Positions 19,176 to 29,983 are shown, numbered from the stretch's first letter. The stretch is 64,000 bases of DNA from Thermomicrobiales bacterium (GCA_035944555.1 DASZAY010000012.1:77899-141898); one strand, 5' to 3'. Notes: generated by a model from the letters alone, not told the origin. Numbers and translations: made by a program.

Positions 19176-20192
19176 TCAGCCCGTGATGATGCCGTTGTCG
19201 GTCAGGAACTGCCGCGCGACGTCAGCCGGCTCCCCGCCATCGACGACCACCGCGACGTTGAGCGAGATCATCGCCTCGGTCGTCAGCAGATCGATGACCG
19301 GGTTCACCAGCTCCGGGATGTTCGGGTAGGCCTCGATGACCTCGTTGCGGAACACCGGGACCGCGTGGGCCGGCGGGAACAGGCTCAGGTCGTCCTGCAG
19401 CACGACCAGGTCGTTCTGGGCGATCTCGGCGTCGGTCCCGAAGGCGAGGACGACGTTCGCCTCGCCAGCAAGGAACGCATCGTACTTCAGGCCCGGGTCG
19501 ACGCCATTGACGGTGGCGTTCTCGAAGCCGCCGCCGTAGGTCGCCTGCAGCGCGACGAACCCGTCGCCGCGATCGGGCGCCTCGAAGTCGACCGGCGCGG
19601 AGATCGTGATGTCGTTGTCAGCGCCCCACTCAGCCAGCTCGCTGATGGTCGTGATGCCGTTCTCGTCGGAGAAGGCGCGGGTCACGGCGATCGCCTGGTT
19701 GTTGTTGAAGGGCGTCTGGTTGAGCGCCGTCAGGCCGAGCTCGGCGTACCCGGCGACGATCGCGTCGTAGACGTAGAGATCGGCGGCCGAGAACGCGGAT
19801 CCCTCACCGGCGACTGGTGTCGCGGCTTCGGGCGACGCCGCGAGCTGACCCGCGACCTCAGCGTAATCCATCGCGAAGATGCCTTCGAAGGTGTACGCCG
19901 TGCCCGAGTACTCCGGGTAGACGTCGATCTCACCCTCGACGAGCGCGGTGTGGGCGATGCCCGTGCCGCCCAGGTTGATGGCGTCGAGGTTGACGGCGAC
20001 GCCGCCGTTCTCGAGGGCCTGGCCGATCAGGTGGCCGAGCGTGAACTGCTCCGGGAAGTCCTTGGAGCCGACGCGGACGGGTTCGCCCTGTGCTCCCGAC
20101 GGCCGGGTGAGTGCGGCGAGTCCGAGCCCGGCAACGGGAACGGCAGCCGCTCCCTTGAGAATGGTTCGACGGGAAAGGGGAGTGCGGTTCAT
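19176..20192 (-). CDS. Glycine betaine/choline-type substrate-binding protein (OpuAC family), Tat signal
   Basis: MNRTPLSRRTILKGAAAVPVAGLGLAAL is a twin-arginine signal, and SKDFPEQFTLGHLIGQALENGG is typical of OpuBC/OpuCC-like binding proteins. GAAAGG lies upstream of ATG 20192. Confidence 0.85.
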   Translation of the reverse strand: MNRTPLSRRTILKGAAAVPVAGLGLAALTRPSGAQGEPVRVGSKDFPEQFTLGHLIGQALENGGVAVNLDAINLGGTGIAHTALVEGEIDVYPEYSGTAYTFEGIFAMDYAEVAGQLAASPEAATPVAGEGSAFSAADLYVYDAIVAGYAELGLTALNQTPFNNNQAIAVTRAFSDENGITTISELAEWGADNDITISAPVDFEAPDRGDGFVALQATYGGGFENATVNGVDPGLKYDAFLAGEANVVLAFGTDAEIAQNDLVVLQDDLSLFPPAHAVPVFRNEVIEAYPNIPELVNPVIDLLTTEAMISLNVAVVVDGGEPADVARQFLTDNGIITG

Positions 20193-20455
20193 CACAGGGA
20201 AACCTTTCGTCCTGGGGTGATTGGCGATCCAAGGGTGGATCCTGGCCGGGGGACTACACCCGGACAGAGCGAAGGGGGACCGTCGCAGGCCGAATGGTTC
20301 GTTCGCAAGAACAGTTCCCCAATCGGCCGGGATCCCCCGGTCCACAGACCATAGGTTGAATGCCGGTCAATCCTTGCCCTCTTGAGGCAGACGGGACGGG
20401 CTATCGCCACCGGCGGACCGGACGGAACCGGAGACCGGGGAGTTGGCCCGTTCCG

Positions 20456-21169
20456 CTACCGACCGGGAGCGGGGGCAGCACGGAACGGCCAGAGCCGTCG
20501 TGCTCGAGAGGAGCGGCCCGGCTGCTCCGGCGGCGTAACGGCACGCTGGAACCCGGCGAGGATCACCTCGGTCAGCAGGGCGAGGATTGCGATCGGGATC
20601 GCCCCGGTGAGCAGCTCCACGTCGTTGAGCGTCGAGATCCCGCTGGTCAGGTAGAGCCCCAGGGTCCGGACGCCGATGAACGCCGCCACGGCCGCCGACG
20701 CGATGATCTCGATAGCGGCCGCCCGGACGCCACCGATGATCACCGGCAACGCAAGGGGCACCTCCACCCGGAAGAATGCCTGGACCGGGGTCATCCCGAG
20801 TCCCTTCGCGTTCTCTCTGACGGAGGCGGAGACGCTTCGCAGCCCGGCGTCGGTGTTGATGACGAGCGGCGGCCCGGCCAGGACGACCAGCGCGATCAGC
20901 GCCGTCTGGTAGCCGGTCCCGATGACCGAGTAGCCAAGGAAGACGATGGCCAGCGACGGCACCACCCGCGCGGCCGAGACCACGCCAAGGATCCCCGGGC
21001 CGACGATGCGCGTCTTGTTAACCAGGACCCCGAGCGGCACGAAGATCAGGAGCGCGAGTACCAGCGCGGACCCGGACAGGCGCAGGTGCGTCTCCAGGGC
21101 GCCGGTGAATCGGTCCGGGTTGTCCGCGATCGCGGTCCAGACTTCGCCAAGGATGCCCAGGGTCGACAC
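20456..21169 (-). CDS. Osmoprotectant ABC transporter permease (second permease)
   Basis: 237-aa BPD_transp_1 permease, paralogous in pattern to 17317..17976, and the first gene of the cluster. Confidence 0.85.
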   Translation of the reverse strand: MSTLGILGEVWTAIADNPDRFTGALETHLRLSGSALVLALLIFVPLGVLVNKTRIVGPGILGVVSAARVVPSLAIVFLGYSVIGTGYQTALIALVVLAGPPLVINTDAGLRSVSASVRENAKGLGMTPVQAFFRVEVPLALPVIIGGVRAAAIEIIASAAVAAFIGVRTLGLYLTSGISTLNDVELLTGAIPIAILALLTEVILAGFQRAVTPPEQPGRSSRARRLWPFRAAPAPGR

Positions 21170-21506
21170 TCCGTTCAGGTGATCAGCGGGTCAGGTCCGC
21201 ACGATGGCCGGAGGGATTCGTGCCGATCGTAACAACTCGGCCATAGTTCCGCGATAGCGGAGGCGCGAGCGCGTGCAACCATCGTCCTTGCGAATCGGTC
21301 ACTTGACCCTGACGCGGCGGGAGGGTGTGCAATCCGACCGCAGGAGCACCATCGCCCGCAAGGTCCGGGCCGACCGGCAACCATCTGTCTCCCGGGCGTT
21401 CACCGGGACACGGAACGACCGGTATCACGATGCACCATGACGGCGAGCGCGCGATTGCGAATACCCGGCGGACCGATCGGTGCTGCCGGGCTGGGGGAGC
21501 GAGAGC

Positions 21507-22355
21507 ATGACGACGGAAACGGGCATGAAGATGGACACGGGGAACCAGGCGGCGAGCGACGGCCGGTACATGATCCAGGCGACCAGGGTCGTCAAGGAGT
21601 ACACCACCGGCCACGCCACCATCCCCGCGCTCAAGGGCGTCGACTTCGCGGTCGAGCGGGGCGAAATGGTCGCCGTGATGGGGCCGTCGGGTTGCGGCAA
21701 GACCACCCTGCTCAACTGCCTCTCCGGGCTGGACGACATCACGTCCGGGCAGGTCCTGCTCGAGGGGGTGGACCTCGCCACCCAGAGCGACCGGCAGCGG
21801 ACGGTGTCGCGGGCCAAGCGGATGGGGTTCATCTTTCAGGTCTACAACCTGCTGCCGGTCCTGAGCGCCGTCGAGAACGTGGAGCTGCCGCTGCTGGTCA
21901 GCGGGGTCAAGCCGAAGGAAGCCCGCAGCCGTGCCCAGGCCGCGCTCGGCCAGGTGGGCCTCGCGAAGTGGGCGGGACACCGGCCGGCCGAGCTGTCCGG
22001 TGGCCAGCGCCAGCGCGTCACGATCGCCCGGTCGCTGGTCAACGAGCCCGCCATCGTCTGGGCCGACGAGCCGACGGGCGCGCTGGACAGCACCAACGCG
22101 ACCGAGATCCTCAATCTGATGCGAACGCTCAACAAGGAGCAGGGGCTGACGCTGGTGATCGTCACGCATGACCCCGGTGTCGGCGCGGGCTGCGACCGCA
22201 TCGTCCGGATGCGCGACGGCGAGATCGTCGGCGAGGAGAAGACTTCCGGCGAGTTTGGCACCGACGGGCTCGGCACGCTTCACGGCACCGAGGACAGCGT
22301 CCAGATGCCCAGCCGGACGTCTCAGCTCACCCGCGAGCTCTACGCCCGGTCCTGA
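21507..22355 (+). CDS. ABC transporter ATP-binding protein (MacB/LolD-like)
   Basis: Contains [34 protein letters not shown] and [11 protein letters not shown]. It pairs with a downstream FtsX-type permease. The start is uncertain (21480 or 21507). Confidence 0.9.
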   Translation: MTTETGMKMDTGNQAASDGRYMIQATRVVKEYTTGHATIPALKGVDFAVERGEMVAVMGPSGCGKTTLLNCLSGLDDITSGQVLLEGVDLATQSDRQRTVSRAKRMGFIFQVYNLLPVLSAVENVELPLLVSGVKPKEARSRAQAALGQVGLAKWAGHRPAELSGGQRQRVTIARSLVNEPAIVWADEPTGALDSTNATEILNLMRTLNKEQGLTLVIVTHDPGVGAGCDRIVRMRDGEIVGEEKTSGEFGTDGLGTLHGTEDSVQMPSRTSQLTRELYARS

Positions 22356-22426
22356 CCTCACCCGGCCGCCGCACCACTACCACGGCATCCCGCATCTGAG
22401 CGGGGCGCCGGGAGGATCGTGCCCAG

Positions 22427-25400
22427 ATGAACGAGATCTTCGGTATCTCCATGGACGCGATCATGGTGACCTTCGTCATCATGCTCGTCCTCTGCCTCTC
22501 CTATACCGCGTGGATCGCCTTGCGCCAGCGCGTCGTGTTCCGCCTCGGGATGCGAAACATCCCGCGGCGCAAAGCCCAGACGGCGCTGATCGTCGTCGGG
22601 CTGATGCTCTCGACGCTGATTTCCACCGCCGCCCTCGGGATGGGCGACACCATCGACCGGTCGCTCAGCCAGTCCGTCTACGGCGTACTCGGCGAGGTCG
22701 ACGAGCTGGTCTACCCGGCCGTCAGCCCGGGCGGCGACGCGATCACCGATACCAGCGCCACCCTGTCGGCCGACGCCCTGGGCGCGGTCGACGCCGTGGC
22801 TGCCACGTCGTCGATCATCGATGGCGTGATGCCGGCCCTGTACCTGCCGGTCCCGGTCGTGAACGACGCCAGCCAGCTGTCCACACCCGAGAACCTGATC
22901 GTTGGCATCGACCCGACTCGCGCCGACCAGTTCGGCGGGCTGCGGACGCCCGGCGGTGAGGTGATCGACCTGGCCGCGGTGCCGAGTGGTCAGGTCGTCA
23001 TCAGCGAAGGCCTGTCGGAGGAGATCGATGCCGCCGCCGGGGACCAGCTGACCATCTACTACGCCAACCAGCCCGTTCCCCTGACCGTGGCGGCCGTCGC
23101 CGAGAACAGCCCGCTCTCCGGCGTGCTGAACACCAGCAACCAGAACGGCATGGTTGTCCGGCTGGACGAGCTGCAGCGCGCGACGGGGATGGAAGGCCTC
23201 CTGTCCTTCATCGCCGTTTCCAATGTCGGCAATGGCGATGACTCGATCGGCCGGACCGATGATGCCGTGGCGGAACTGGAGCCGGCCCTGTCCACGCAGC
23301 CGGTCGCGGTCAATCCGATCAAGCAGGACCTGCGTGAGCAGTCCGCGTTGATCTCCTCCTCGCTCACCGGTCTGTTCCTGGTGCTGGGGCTGTTCTCGAT
23401 CGCGGTCGGCGTGCTGCTGATCGTCCTGATCTTCTCGATGCTCGCCGCCGAGCGCCGGGCCGAGATGGGCATGGCCCGCGCCGTCGGCCAGCAGCGCCGT
23501 CACCTGATCCAGCAGTTCATCGCCGAAGGGTCGGGCTACGCGCTGCTCTCCGGGTTAGTCGGAGCGGCGGCCGGGACCCTGGTGATCCTGGGGCTGGCGC
23601 AGATCCTCAAGGACGCGGTCGGCGACTTCTTCGACGTCCAGGGCTTCGTGTCGTGGCGCAGCATCGTCGTCGGCTACTGCCTTGGCGTGATCATGACCTT
23701 CCTCGCGATCGTCGTCGCCTCGTTCCGGGCCAGCCGCCTGAACGTCGTCGCTGCCATCCGCGACCTGCCGGATCGTGAGGAGGCCAAGCGGCGCAAGCGG
23801 ACGCTGGTCACCGCGTCCCTGATCACCCTGGTTGGTGTCCTGCTGATCGCGGGCGGTGTCTCCCTGGGGGAGAGCGGGACCTTCCTGTTCTACTTCGGCA
23901 TGAGCCTCGTCCCGCTTGGCCTGGCGACGTTCGCCCGCTGGTTCGGCGTCCCGTCCCGGCTCGCCTACTCGCTGGTCGGCCTGTACCTGCTGCTGCTCTG
24001 GTTCCTGCCGGCGGAGCAGTCCCGGGCGGTCTTCGGTGAGGTCGCGACCGGCGGCGACTTCGAGATGTTCTTCCTGATCGGCATCTTCTCGGTCGCCGGG
24101 ACGACGATGCTGATCACCCAGAACCTGGACATCCTGCTCGCTCTGGCCAGCCGGATCGGGTCGCTGTTCGGGTCGCGGCTGCCGGCCGTTCGCCTGGCGA
24201 TCGCCTATCCGGGCGCCAACGTCGGGCGCACCGGTCTGACGATCGCGATGTTCAGCCTGATCGTGTTCTCGCTGGTCGCGTTCTCGACGGTCAGCGCCAA
24301 CTTCAGCCGGATCTTCATCAACTCGGATGCCGGCGCGGGCTACGACGTCCAGGTCGTCGTCCAGCAGGCCAACCAGATCCCGGACCAGGATATCGTCGGG
24401 GCGCTCAACGCAGCCGGCGCCGATACCAGCGACATCACTGCCGTCGGAACCATCCCGCAGGTGGCCGCGCAGGCGCCGATGCGGCAGCTGGACAGCCCGG
24501 ACCCGGGTACGGACCTTCCTGACGATTCGTCCCTGGCGCCGCTTGCCGGTTTCAGTGACAGCTGGCTGGAGAACGCCGAGGTCCGCTTCCAGGCGCGCGC
24601 CGCCGGCTATCCCGACGACGCCGCGATCATCAACGCCCTGCGGACAGAACCGGACGTCGCGGTCGTCGATGCCGGGTCGATCGGCGCCAATGGTGGGTTC
24701 CCGGGCCAGTTCCTGGTCCGCGGGTTCGAGGCGACCGAGCAGGGCTGGAACCCGATCCAGGTCGCGTTCACCGACCCGACGACCGGTGAGTCCCGGACCC
24801 TCCGCGTCATCGGGGTGATCGATCAGGACTTCAGCACGCTGTTCGGCGTCTACGTCGGCGGCGGGACGGCCGCGACGCTGGCTCCCGAGCCCAACCAGGT
24901 GACCTATACGATCGCCCTCGCCGACCCGGACAACGCCACGGACCGGGCCCGGGAGATCGGATCGGCGCTGCTGGCCAATGGCGCGGTCGCCGACTCGTAT
25001 GACGAGATCCTGGAAGAGAACCAGGGCATCTTCTCCGGCTTCCTCCTGCTGATCCAGGGCTTCATGGGACTGGGTCTGATCGTCGGAATCGCCGCCGTCG
25101 GCGTGATCGCCTTCCGCGCGGTGATCGAGCGGCGCCAGCAGATCGGCGTGCTGCGAGCGATCGGCTACGCCCGGTCGATGGTCTCGCTCAGTTTCATGAT
25201 CGAGACGGCGTTCGTCGTCGGCCTCGGCGTGATCTCGGGGACCATCCTCGCGCTGGTCACCGCCTGGCAGCTGTTCCAGGATCCCAACTTCACCGGTGAG
25301 ACGGGTGCCACCGGGATTGTGGTGCCGTGGGGGCTGGTCCTCGTCGTCCTCGCGATCACCTTCGGGTTCGCGATGCTGATGACCTGGGTGCCGAGCCGCC

Positions 25401-25444
25401 AGGCCGCCAGCATCCGGCCGGCCGAGGCGCTGCGCTACGAGTAG
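22427..25444 (+). CDS. FtsX-like ABC transporter permease with two FtsX domains and large extracytoplasmic loops
   Basis: 1005 aa. Two blocks of 4 TM segments have the FtsX pattern (e.g. FSMLAAERRAEMGMARAVG and AFRAVIERRQQIGVLRAIGY), separated by long soluble regions. Confidence 0.85.
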   Translation: MNEIFGISMDAIMVTFVIMLVLCLSYTAWIALRQRVVFRLGMRNIPRRKAQTALIVVGLMLSTLISTAALGMGDTIDRSLSQSVYGVLGEVDELVYPAVSPGGDAITDTSATLSADALGAVDAVAATSSIIDGVMPALYLPVPVVNDASQLSTPENLIVGIDPTRADQFGGLRTPGGEVIDLAAVPSGQVVISEGLSEEIDAAAGDQLTIYYANQPVPLTVAAVAENSPLSGVLNTSNQNGMVVRLDELQRATGMEGLLSFIAVSNVGNGDDSIGRTDDAVAELEPALSTQPVAVNPIKQDLREQSALISSSLTGLFLVLGLFSIAVGVLLIVLIFSMLAAERRAEMGMARAVGQQRRHLIQQFIAEGSGYALLSGLVGAAAGTLVILGLAQILKDAVGDFFDVQGFVSWRSIVVGYCLGVIMTFLAIVVASFRASRLNVVAAIRDLPDREEAKRRKRTLVTASLITLVGVLLIAGGVSLGESGTFLFYFGMSLVPLGLATFARWFGVPSRLAYSLVGLYLLLLWFLPAEQSRAVFGEVATGGDFEMFFLIGIFSVAGTTMLITQNLDILLALASRIGSLFGSRLPAVRLAIAYPGANVGRTGLTIAMFSLIVFSLVAFSTVSANFSRIFINSDAGAGYDVQVVVQQANQIPDQDIVGALNAAGADTSDITAVGTIPQVAAQAPMRQLDSPDPGTDLPDDSSLAPLAGFSDSWLENAEVRFQARAAGYPDDAAIINALRTEPDVAVVDAGSIGANGGFPGQFLVRGFEATEQGWNPIQVAFTDPTTGESRTLRVIGVIDQDFSTLFGVYVGGGTAATLAPEPNQVTYTIALADPDNATDRAREIGSALLANGAVADSYDEILEENQGIFSGFLLLIQGFMGLGLIVGIAAVGVIAFRAVIERRQQIGVLRAIGYARSMVSLSFMIETAFVVGLGVISGTILALVTAWQLFQDPNFTGETGATGIVVPWGLVLVVLAITFGFAMLMTWVPSRQAASIRPAEALRYE

Positions 25445-25477
25445 CCGCCCCGCCGGTGCTTGAGAGACACGGTTCGG

Positions 25478-25524
25478 CCCGGCTTGCTCCCGACTGGTGA
25501 GCAGGCCGGGTCGAACTGTTTTCG
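25478..25524 (+). terminator. Intrinsic terminator after the FtsX permease gene
   Basis: CCCGGCTTGCTC-ccgactggt-GAGCAGGCCGGG forms 12 bp with one G.U pair, followed by tcgaacTGTTTTcg. Confidence 0.6.
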
Positions 25525-25652
25525 AAAGTTTACCGGGTCAATGGATGGCCGAAAACGTGCGGGTCCGACGGCGATGCGTTCGCCCTGCTTCGGGGGCGTC
25601 GCCATGTGTCGTGTCCCGGCCCGGGACCCGGCGAAAACACAAGGAGACGACC

Positions 25653-27368
25653 ATGTCGCGTCCCGCCGGTCTGGCGCGCCCATCATGGGTGCTGACCGTC
25701 CTGCTTGCCCTGCTGATCGCGACCGGAACGACGGGTCTCGCCGTGGCCCGGGACGCCACGCCGGCGGGCACGCCAGGCTCCGCCGGAGCCACCCCCGTGG
25801 TCGACCCGGCAACGATCGATCCCGTTCCCTGTACCACCCGGTATCAGGTCCCGGAAGGGTTCGTCGACGGCGAGAACATCACCTGCGGATACCTCACCGT
25901 CCCGGCCTTCCCCGGGGACGCGGGCTCGCCGGTCGTCCGGCTGCACGTCATGCGGTTGGTCGCGACGGGTGACAGTCCGCGGCCGGAGCCACTGGTCGTC
26001 CTGACGGGAGGTCCGGGCCAGAATGGCGGGAGCCTGCTGCCGCTCTTCCTGCCAGCGACCGAGCAGGTCCCGATCTCCTACGCTCCGCTGCTCGAGAACC
26101 AGGACGTCATCCTGTTCGATCAGCGGGGCACGGGCGCTTCCGAGTCGGTACTCACCTGTCCCGGCGATGCCGTCCCGCTCGTCGTTCCGCCTGGTGACCC
26201 GGCAACTTCCGGGACGCCGGTCGCCGCCACGCCTGCCGCCAAGCCAGTCGGCACGCCGGCGGGTGAGGTCCCGGTGATCGCCCTGCCAGACGAGGACGTC
26301 GCCATCGCCACGGTGGTGCAGTGCCTGCAAGCGATCGAGGGGACGGGCGTCGATCTCGCTGCCTTCAACACCGAGAACAACGCCGCCGATGTCGCCGCGC
26401 TGATCGGCGCGCTCGACGCGGGGCAGGCCGATCTCTACGGGATCTCCTACGGCTCATACCTTGGCCAGCGCGTGATCACGCGGTACCCGGAGCTGGTTCG
26501 CAGCGCCGTTCTGGCTTCCGTCGTCGCTCCGGATACCGATATCTTCGTGCGGCAGGTGACCGGCCTGGACGAGAGCCTGACCCGGATCTTCGCCCTCTGC
26601 GAGGCGGACGCCCAATGCGCCGCCGCCAACGCCGATCTGGATGCGTCGCTGCAGGCCGCCTACGACCGGCTGGAGGCCGAGCCTGCCATCGTCGAACTGA
26701 CCGATCCGGCCAGCCAGATGACGGCCGGTATCCCCATCGACGGCGAGCTGTTCCTCCAGACGGTCTACCTGCTGGCCTTCACGTCCCAGCCGTACGGGGT
26801 GCCTCCGGTGATCAGTCAGGTGGCGGCCGGCGACTTTGCGCTGCTCGAGGTTCTCGCGCCCCTGATCACCCAGGCGGGTGGGCTGGCGACCGGCCTGCTG
26901 GGGGCGGTCTACTGTCAGGACTTCGCGCAGGACGTCGACCTTGACCAGGTCCTGGCCGACGCGGGCGTCCGCCCGGTGCTGGAGCAGGGTTTCACCACGT
27001 CGTGGAGGTCGTTCAACGCGGTCTGCGAGGCGATCGACCTGCCGACGGCGGCGGCGGAGGCCGATACCGTGGGGAGCAACGTGCCGACCCTGCTGATCAG
27101 TGGCGGTCTCGACACCATCACCCCCGCGGAGGACGCCGACGTGGTGCTCTTCGAGCTCCCGGCGGGGCAAGAGGTCACCTTCGATGTCCTCGGCCATGAC
27201 CCGGGGACGGCGGGTGGAACCTGCAGCATCGGGCTGATCGGGAGCTTCCTGGCGGCTCCGGAACAGCCGGTCGATGCCGGTTGTGCCGAGCAGGTCACGC
27301 TTGACATGTCGCCACCGGGCTTCTACGACGAGGGCGAGGCGACTCCTGTCGCGACGCCGGTCGCGTAG
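25653..27368 (+). CDS. Secreted alpha/beta hydrolase, S33 (tripeptidyl/prolyl aminopeptidase-like) family
   Basis: AAGGAG lies 6 nt upstream of ATG 25653. A signal peptide ends at ..GLAVA|RDATP. Contains LTGGPGQNG, FDQRGTGASE and the nucleophile elbow GISYGSY. Confidence 0.8.
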   Translation: MSRPAGLARPSWVLTVLLALLIATGTTGLAVARDATPAGTPGSAGATPVVDPATIDPVPCTTRYQVPEGFVDGENITCGYLTVPAFPGDAGSPVVRLHVMRLVATGDSPRPEPLVVLTGGPGQNGGSLLPLFLPATEQVPISYAPLLENQDVILFDQRGTGASESVLTCPGDAVPLVVPPGDPATSGTPVAATPAAKPVGTPAGEVPVIALPDEDVAIATVVQCLQAIEGTGVDLAAFNTENNAADVAALIGALDAGQADLYGISYGSYLGQRVITRYPELVRSAVLASVVAPDTDIFVRQVTGLDESLTRIFALCEADAQCAAANADLDASLQAAYDRLEAEPAIVELTDPASQMTAGIPIDGELFLQTVYLLAFTSQPYGVPPVISQVAAGDFALLEVLAPLITQAGGLATGLLGAVYCQDFAQDVDLDQVLADAGVRPVLEQGFTTSWRSFNAVCEAIDLPTAAAEADTVGSNVPTLLISGGLDTITPAEDADVVLFELPAGQEVTFDVLGHDPGTAGGTCSIGLIGSFLAAPEQPVDAGCAEQVTLDMSPPGFYDEGEATPVATPVA

Positions 27369-27580
27369 AGGTCCAACCCGGATAACCGAATGGCAGTGCG
27401 GGGCGTACCAGGGACCACGGATGACCACACTTGTCGCGCTGGACGGGTACCATGTCAGCGAATCCGTCAGGCGGGCTGCCAAGTGAGACATCGGGCCGGG
27501 CGGGCAATGGGCATCCACCGCCCCGCCGGTCCGGTGCCGGGCAGTGACCACCGCCCCCGTTGCCACCGAGGAGAACCGCT

Positions 27581-29038
27581 TTGGTCTGGGCCTACCCTGA
27601 TCGCCGCGTCAAGATCGTCACGACACTCGGCCCGTCCGTCAGTGGGCAGGAGCGCCTGCGCGGGCTGCTCGAGGCTGGTGCCGACGTCGTCCGCATCAAC
27701 GCCTCCCACGGGACGGAGGAGGGGTGGGCGCAGCTCATCTCCGACGTCCGGACCGTTTCCGCCGAGCTCGGCCGCCGGGTCCCGATCCTGTTTGATCTCC
27801 AGGGGCTGAAGATCCGGACGGGAGCCGTCCCGAACAGTGAGGCGGTTCCCGTTGCCCGTGGCGCCACGCTCAGGATCGTACCGCGGCAGGTCGAGAGCTC
27901 GACCGAGGTGATCGGAATCGGCTTTCCGGATCTGCTCAAGGTGATCGAGGCCGGCAGCCGCTTGCTGATCTCTGACGGGTTGATCGAGCTGCTGGTCGAG
28001 GAGGTCAACGAGGATCACGCGCGCTGCATCGTCAGCCGCGGCGGAATGCTCAACGGGCGCCAGGGGGTGACGCTGCCCGGCGCGCCGATCAAGGGTGGGT
28101 CCGTCACCGAGCAGGACCGGGCTGACATCGCCTTCGCCGCGAAGCACGGCGTCGACTTCCTCGGACTGTCGTTCGTCAACGACGCAAGCGACGTCGTCCT
28201 GGCCCGCAAGACCGCCGCGGAGCATGGCGCCGCGCCAGGGCTGATCGCCAAGATCGAGAGCGGCAACGCGCTCGAGAACGTCGAGGAGATCGCCCGGGAG
28301 TCAGACGGCCTCATGGTCGCCCGGGGAGACCTCGGCGTGCAACTCCCACCGGAGCGCGTCCCGCGGGCGCAGAAGCGGATCATCGCCGTCGCCAACCGGA
28401 TGGGGATCCCGGTCATCACCGCCACGCAGATGCTGGAGTCGATGATCACCCAGCCGGTGGCGACGCGGGCCGAGACCAGCGACATCGCCAACGCCGTCTG
28501 GGACGGTACTGACGCGGTGATGCTGTCGGCCGAGTCGGCGACCGGCAAGTATCCGTACGAGGCGGTCCAGACGATGGACCGGATCATCAAGGAGATCGAG
28601 CGCGACGGCCCGATCCGGAGCGAGTCGTCGCAGTTGCCGCTGCCGCACCACCCGGATGAGTCGCTGAACTTCGCCGACGCGATCGCCCGGGCCGGGTCGG
28701 CGATGGCCGATGCGTCCGAGCTCGCCAAGCTGATCGTCGTGTTCACGTACGGTGGCGCAGCCGCCCGCCGGATGGCCAAGTACCGGCCATCGCAGCCGAT
28801 CGTCGCCGTCTGCTCCCAGGAGAGCATCGCGACCCGGCTCAACCTCGTCTGGGGCGTCCGCACGCTGGTCCTGCCTCTGGAGCAGGAGATCAACCAGATG
28901 TTCGACCGCGCCGGCGAGGCCGTGATTGAGGCGGGACTCGGGACCGGGTCGGACTATGCCCTGCTGGTCGGCAGTCTGCCGATGGTCGAGCGCTCCGGCA
29001 CGACGAACCTGCTCCACGTCCGCCCGCTCACCGATTAG
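27581..29038 (+). CDS. pyk: Pyruvate kinase
   Basis: Contains KIVTTLGPS, VVRINASHG and MVARGDLGV motifs. GAGGAG lies 7 nt upstream of TTG 27581, which gives the usual short N-terminus. The ORF-track start at 27560 is also a TTG. Confidence 0.92.
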   Translation: MVWAYPDRRVKIVTTLGPSVSGQERLRGLLEAGADVVRINASHGTEEGWAQLISDVRTVSAELGRRVPILFDLQGLKIRTGAVPNSEAVPVARGATLRIVPRQVESSTEVIGIGFPDLLKVIEAGSRLLISDGLIELLVEEVNEDHARCIVSRGGMLNGRQGVTLPGAPIKGGSVTEQDRADIAFAAKHGVDFLGLSFVNDASDVVLARKTAAEHGAAPGLIAKIESGNALENVEEIARESDGLMVARGDLGVQLPPERVPRAQKRIIAVANRMGIPVITATQMLESMITQPVATRAETSDIANAVWDGTDAVMLSAESATGKYPYEAVQTMDRIIKEIERDGPIRSESSQLPLPHHPDESLNFADAIARAGSAMADASELAKLIVVFTYGGAAARRMAKYRPSQPIVAVCSQESIATRLNLVWGVRTLVLPLEQEINQMFDRAGEAVIEAGLGTGSDYALLVGSLPMVERSGTTNLLHVRPLTD

Positions 29039-29058
29039 GCGCTCATCGCTCCTGACTC

Positions 29059-29104
29059 CGAACGACAGAGGCCGGTGGCAATCGCCACCGGCCTCTGTCG
29101 TTCG
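29059..29104. terminator. Perfect 21-bp hairpin (loop AATC) between convergent genes; likely a bidirectional intrinsic terminator
   Basis: CGAACGACAGAGGCCGGTGGC-aatc-GCCACCGGCCTCTGTCGTTCG lies 20 nt after the pyk stop and 25 nt after the minus-strand gene stop. Confidence 0.65.
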
Positions 29105-29129
29105 CCACCTGATATGGACCGGGTAACCG

Positions 29130-29927
29130 TCAGTGCTCGTGCCCCGCGGGCTCCGGGGTCACGACTGGAACGGCGGCTCCAAACCACTGGTCGCGCCAGG
29201 TCGCGAGCGTCCCGATGTCCGCGGTTGCTTCGTCGCTGGCCGTCGTCGCGAACGCGGCGAGGTCCGACTGATCCGATTCCTGCGAGACGAACAGCGCTAT
29301 CGCGACGCCGTCCTGCAGCTCGGCGAGGGTCAGGTCCAGGGCGGCGACGTCGAACGGGATCTCGGAGTGCTGGGCGAAGTCGCAGAGTGCCGTGGCCCGG
29401 CTGGCCCCGTCGGCCGGCATGGCCTCACCAGATCCGGCCAGCGCGCCAGCCGCGGCCAGGCTGCGGTCCAGCAGGGCCGACTGGAACGCTGCAGGCGTCT
29501 CCGGTGCGCCGGGGTACCAGTTGTCACGCCACGCCAATAGCTGATCGAGCTGCCCCTGCGCTGCTGCCCGCGCATCTCCGGCGTACTGGACCAGCTCGGA
29601 TGTCGTCCCGCCCGCTTCCGTCACGCTCGCGAGCGCGATGATCGCCTCGGTGTGCGAGATCAGCGTGTCGAGCGCGAGCAGGTCCGCCGGCACGTCCTCG
29701 AGCGACTCAGGCGCCGGCTGGCCGGCGACCGGGGTGGCCGCCTGCCGCTCGGCCACCCCGTCGCAGACAGCAGAGATACGCGCCGGATCAGGCGTGCCGG
29801 CAGCCGGTGGAGAGGCGTCCTGGGCGAGGGCACCGGCAGCGCCCGTAAGCATCGCGCTCGAGAGCAGCATCCCTGCGATGAGGCGGCGAACGTGGGTGGT
29901 CGTCCGGTTGGTCGCGGCGTCATTCAT
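29130..29927 (-). CDS. Secreted DUF305-like (ferritin-like four-helix) protein, two repeats
   Basis: A signal peptide ends at ..GALA|QDASP. Two repeats end in QLDQLLAWRDNWYPG and DIGTLATWRDQWFG, resembling the DUF305 Q-x-x-E-I-x-x-M-x-x-W pattern. The usual His pairs are largely absent. Assigned by pattern only. Confidence 0.45.
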   Translation of the reverse strand: MNDAATNRTTTHVRRLIAGMLLSSAMLTGAAGALAQDASPPAAGTPDPARISAVCDGVAERQAATPVAGQPAPESLEDVPADLLALDTLISHTEAIIALASVTEAGGTTSELVQYAGDARAAAQGQLDQLLAWRDNWYPGAPETPAAFQSALLDRSLAAAGALAGSGEAMPADGASRATALCDFAQHSEIPFDVAALDLTLAELQDGVAIALFVSQESDQSDLAAFATTASDEATADIGTLATWRDQWFGAAVPVVTPEPAGHEH

Positions 29928-29983
29928 GGCAGTCCATCCTCCATGGGTTCGGCCGTCGGGCGGGGCGACGGGTCGGCGTGGTG

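Noticed and set aside
21183-22361. 392-aa minus-strand ORF
   Set aside because: It is antisense to the MacB-like ABC ATPase, whose Walker A, signature and Walker B motifs are all on the plus strand.
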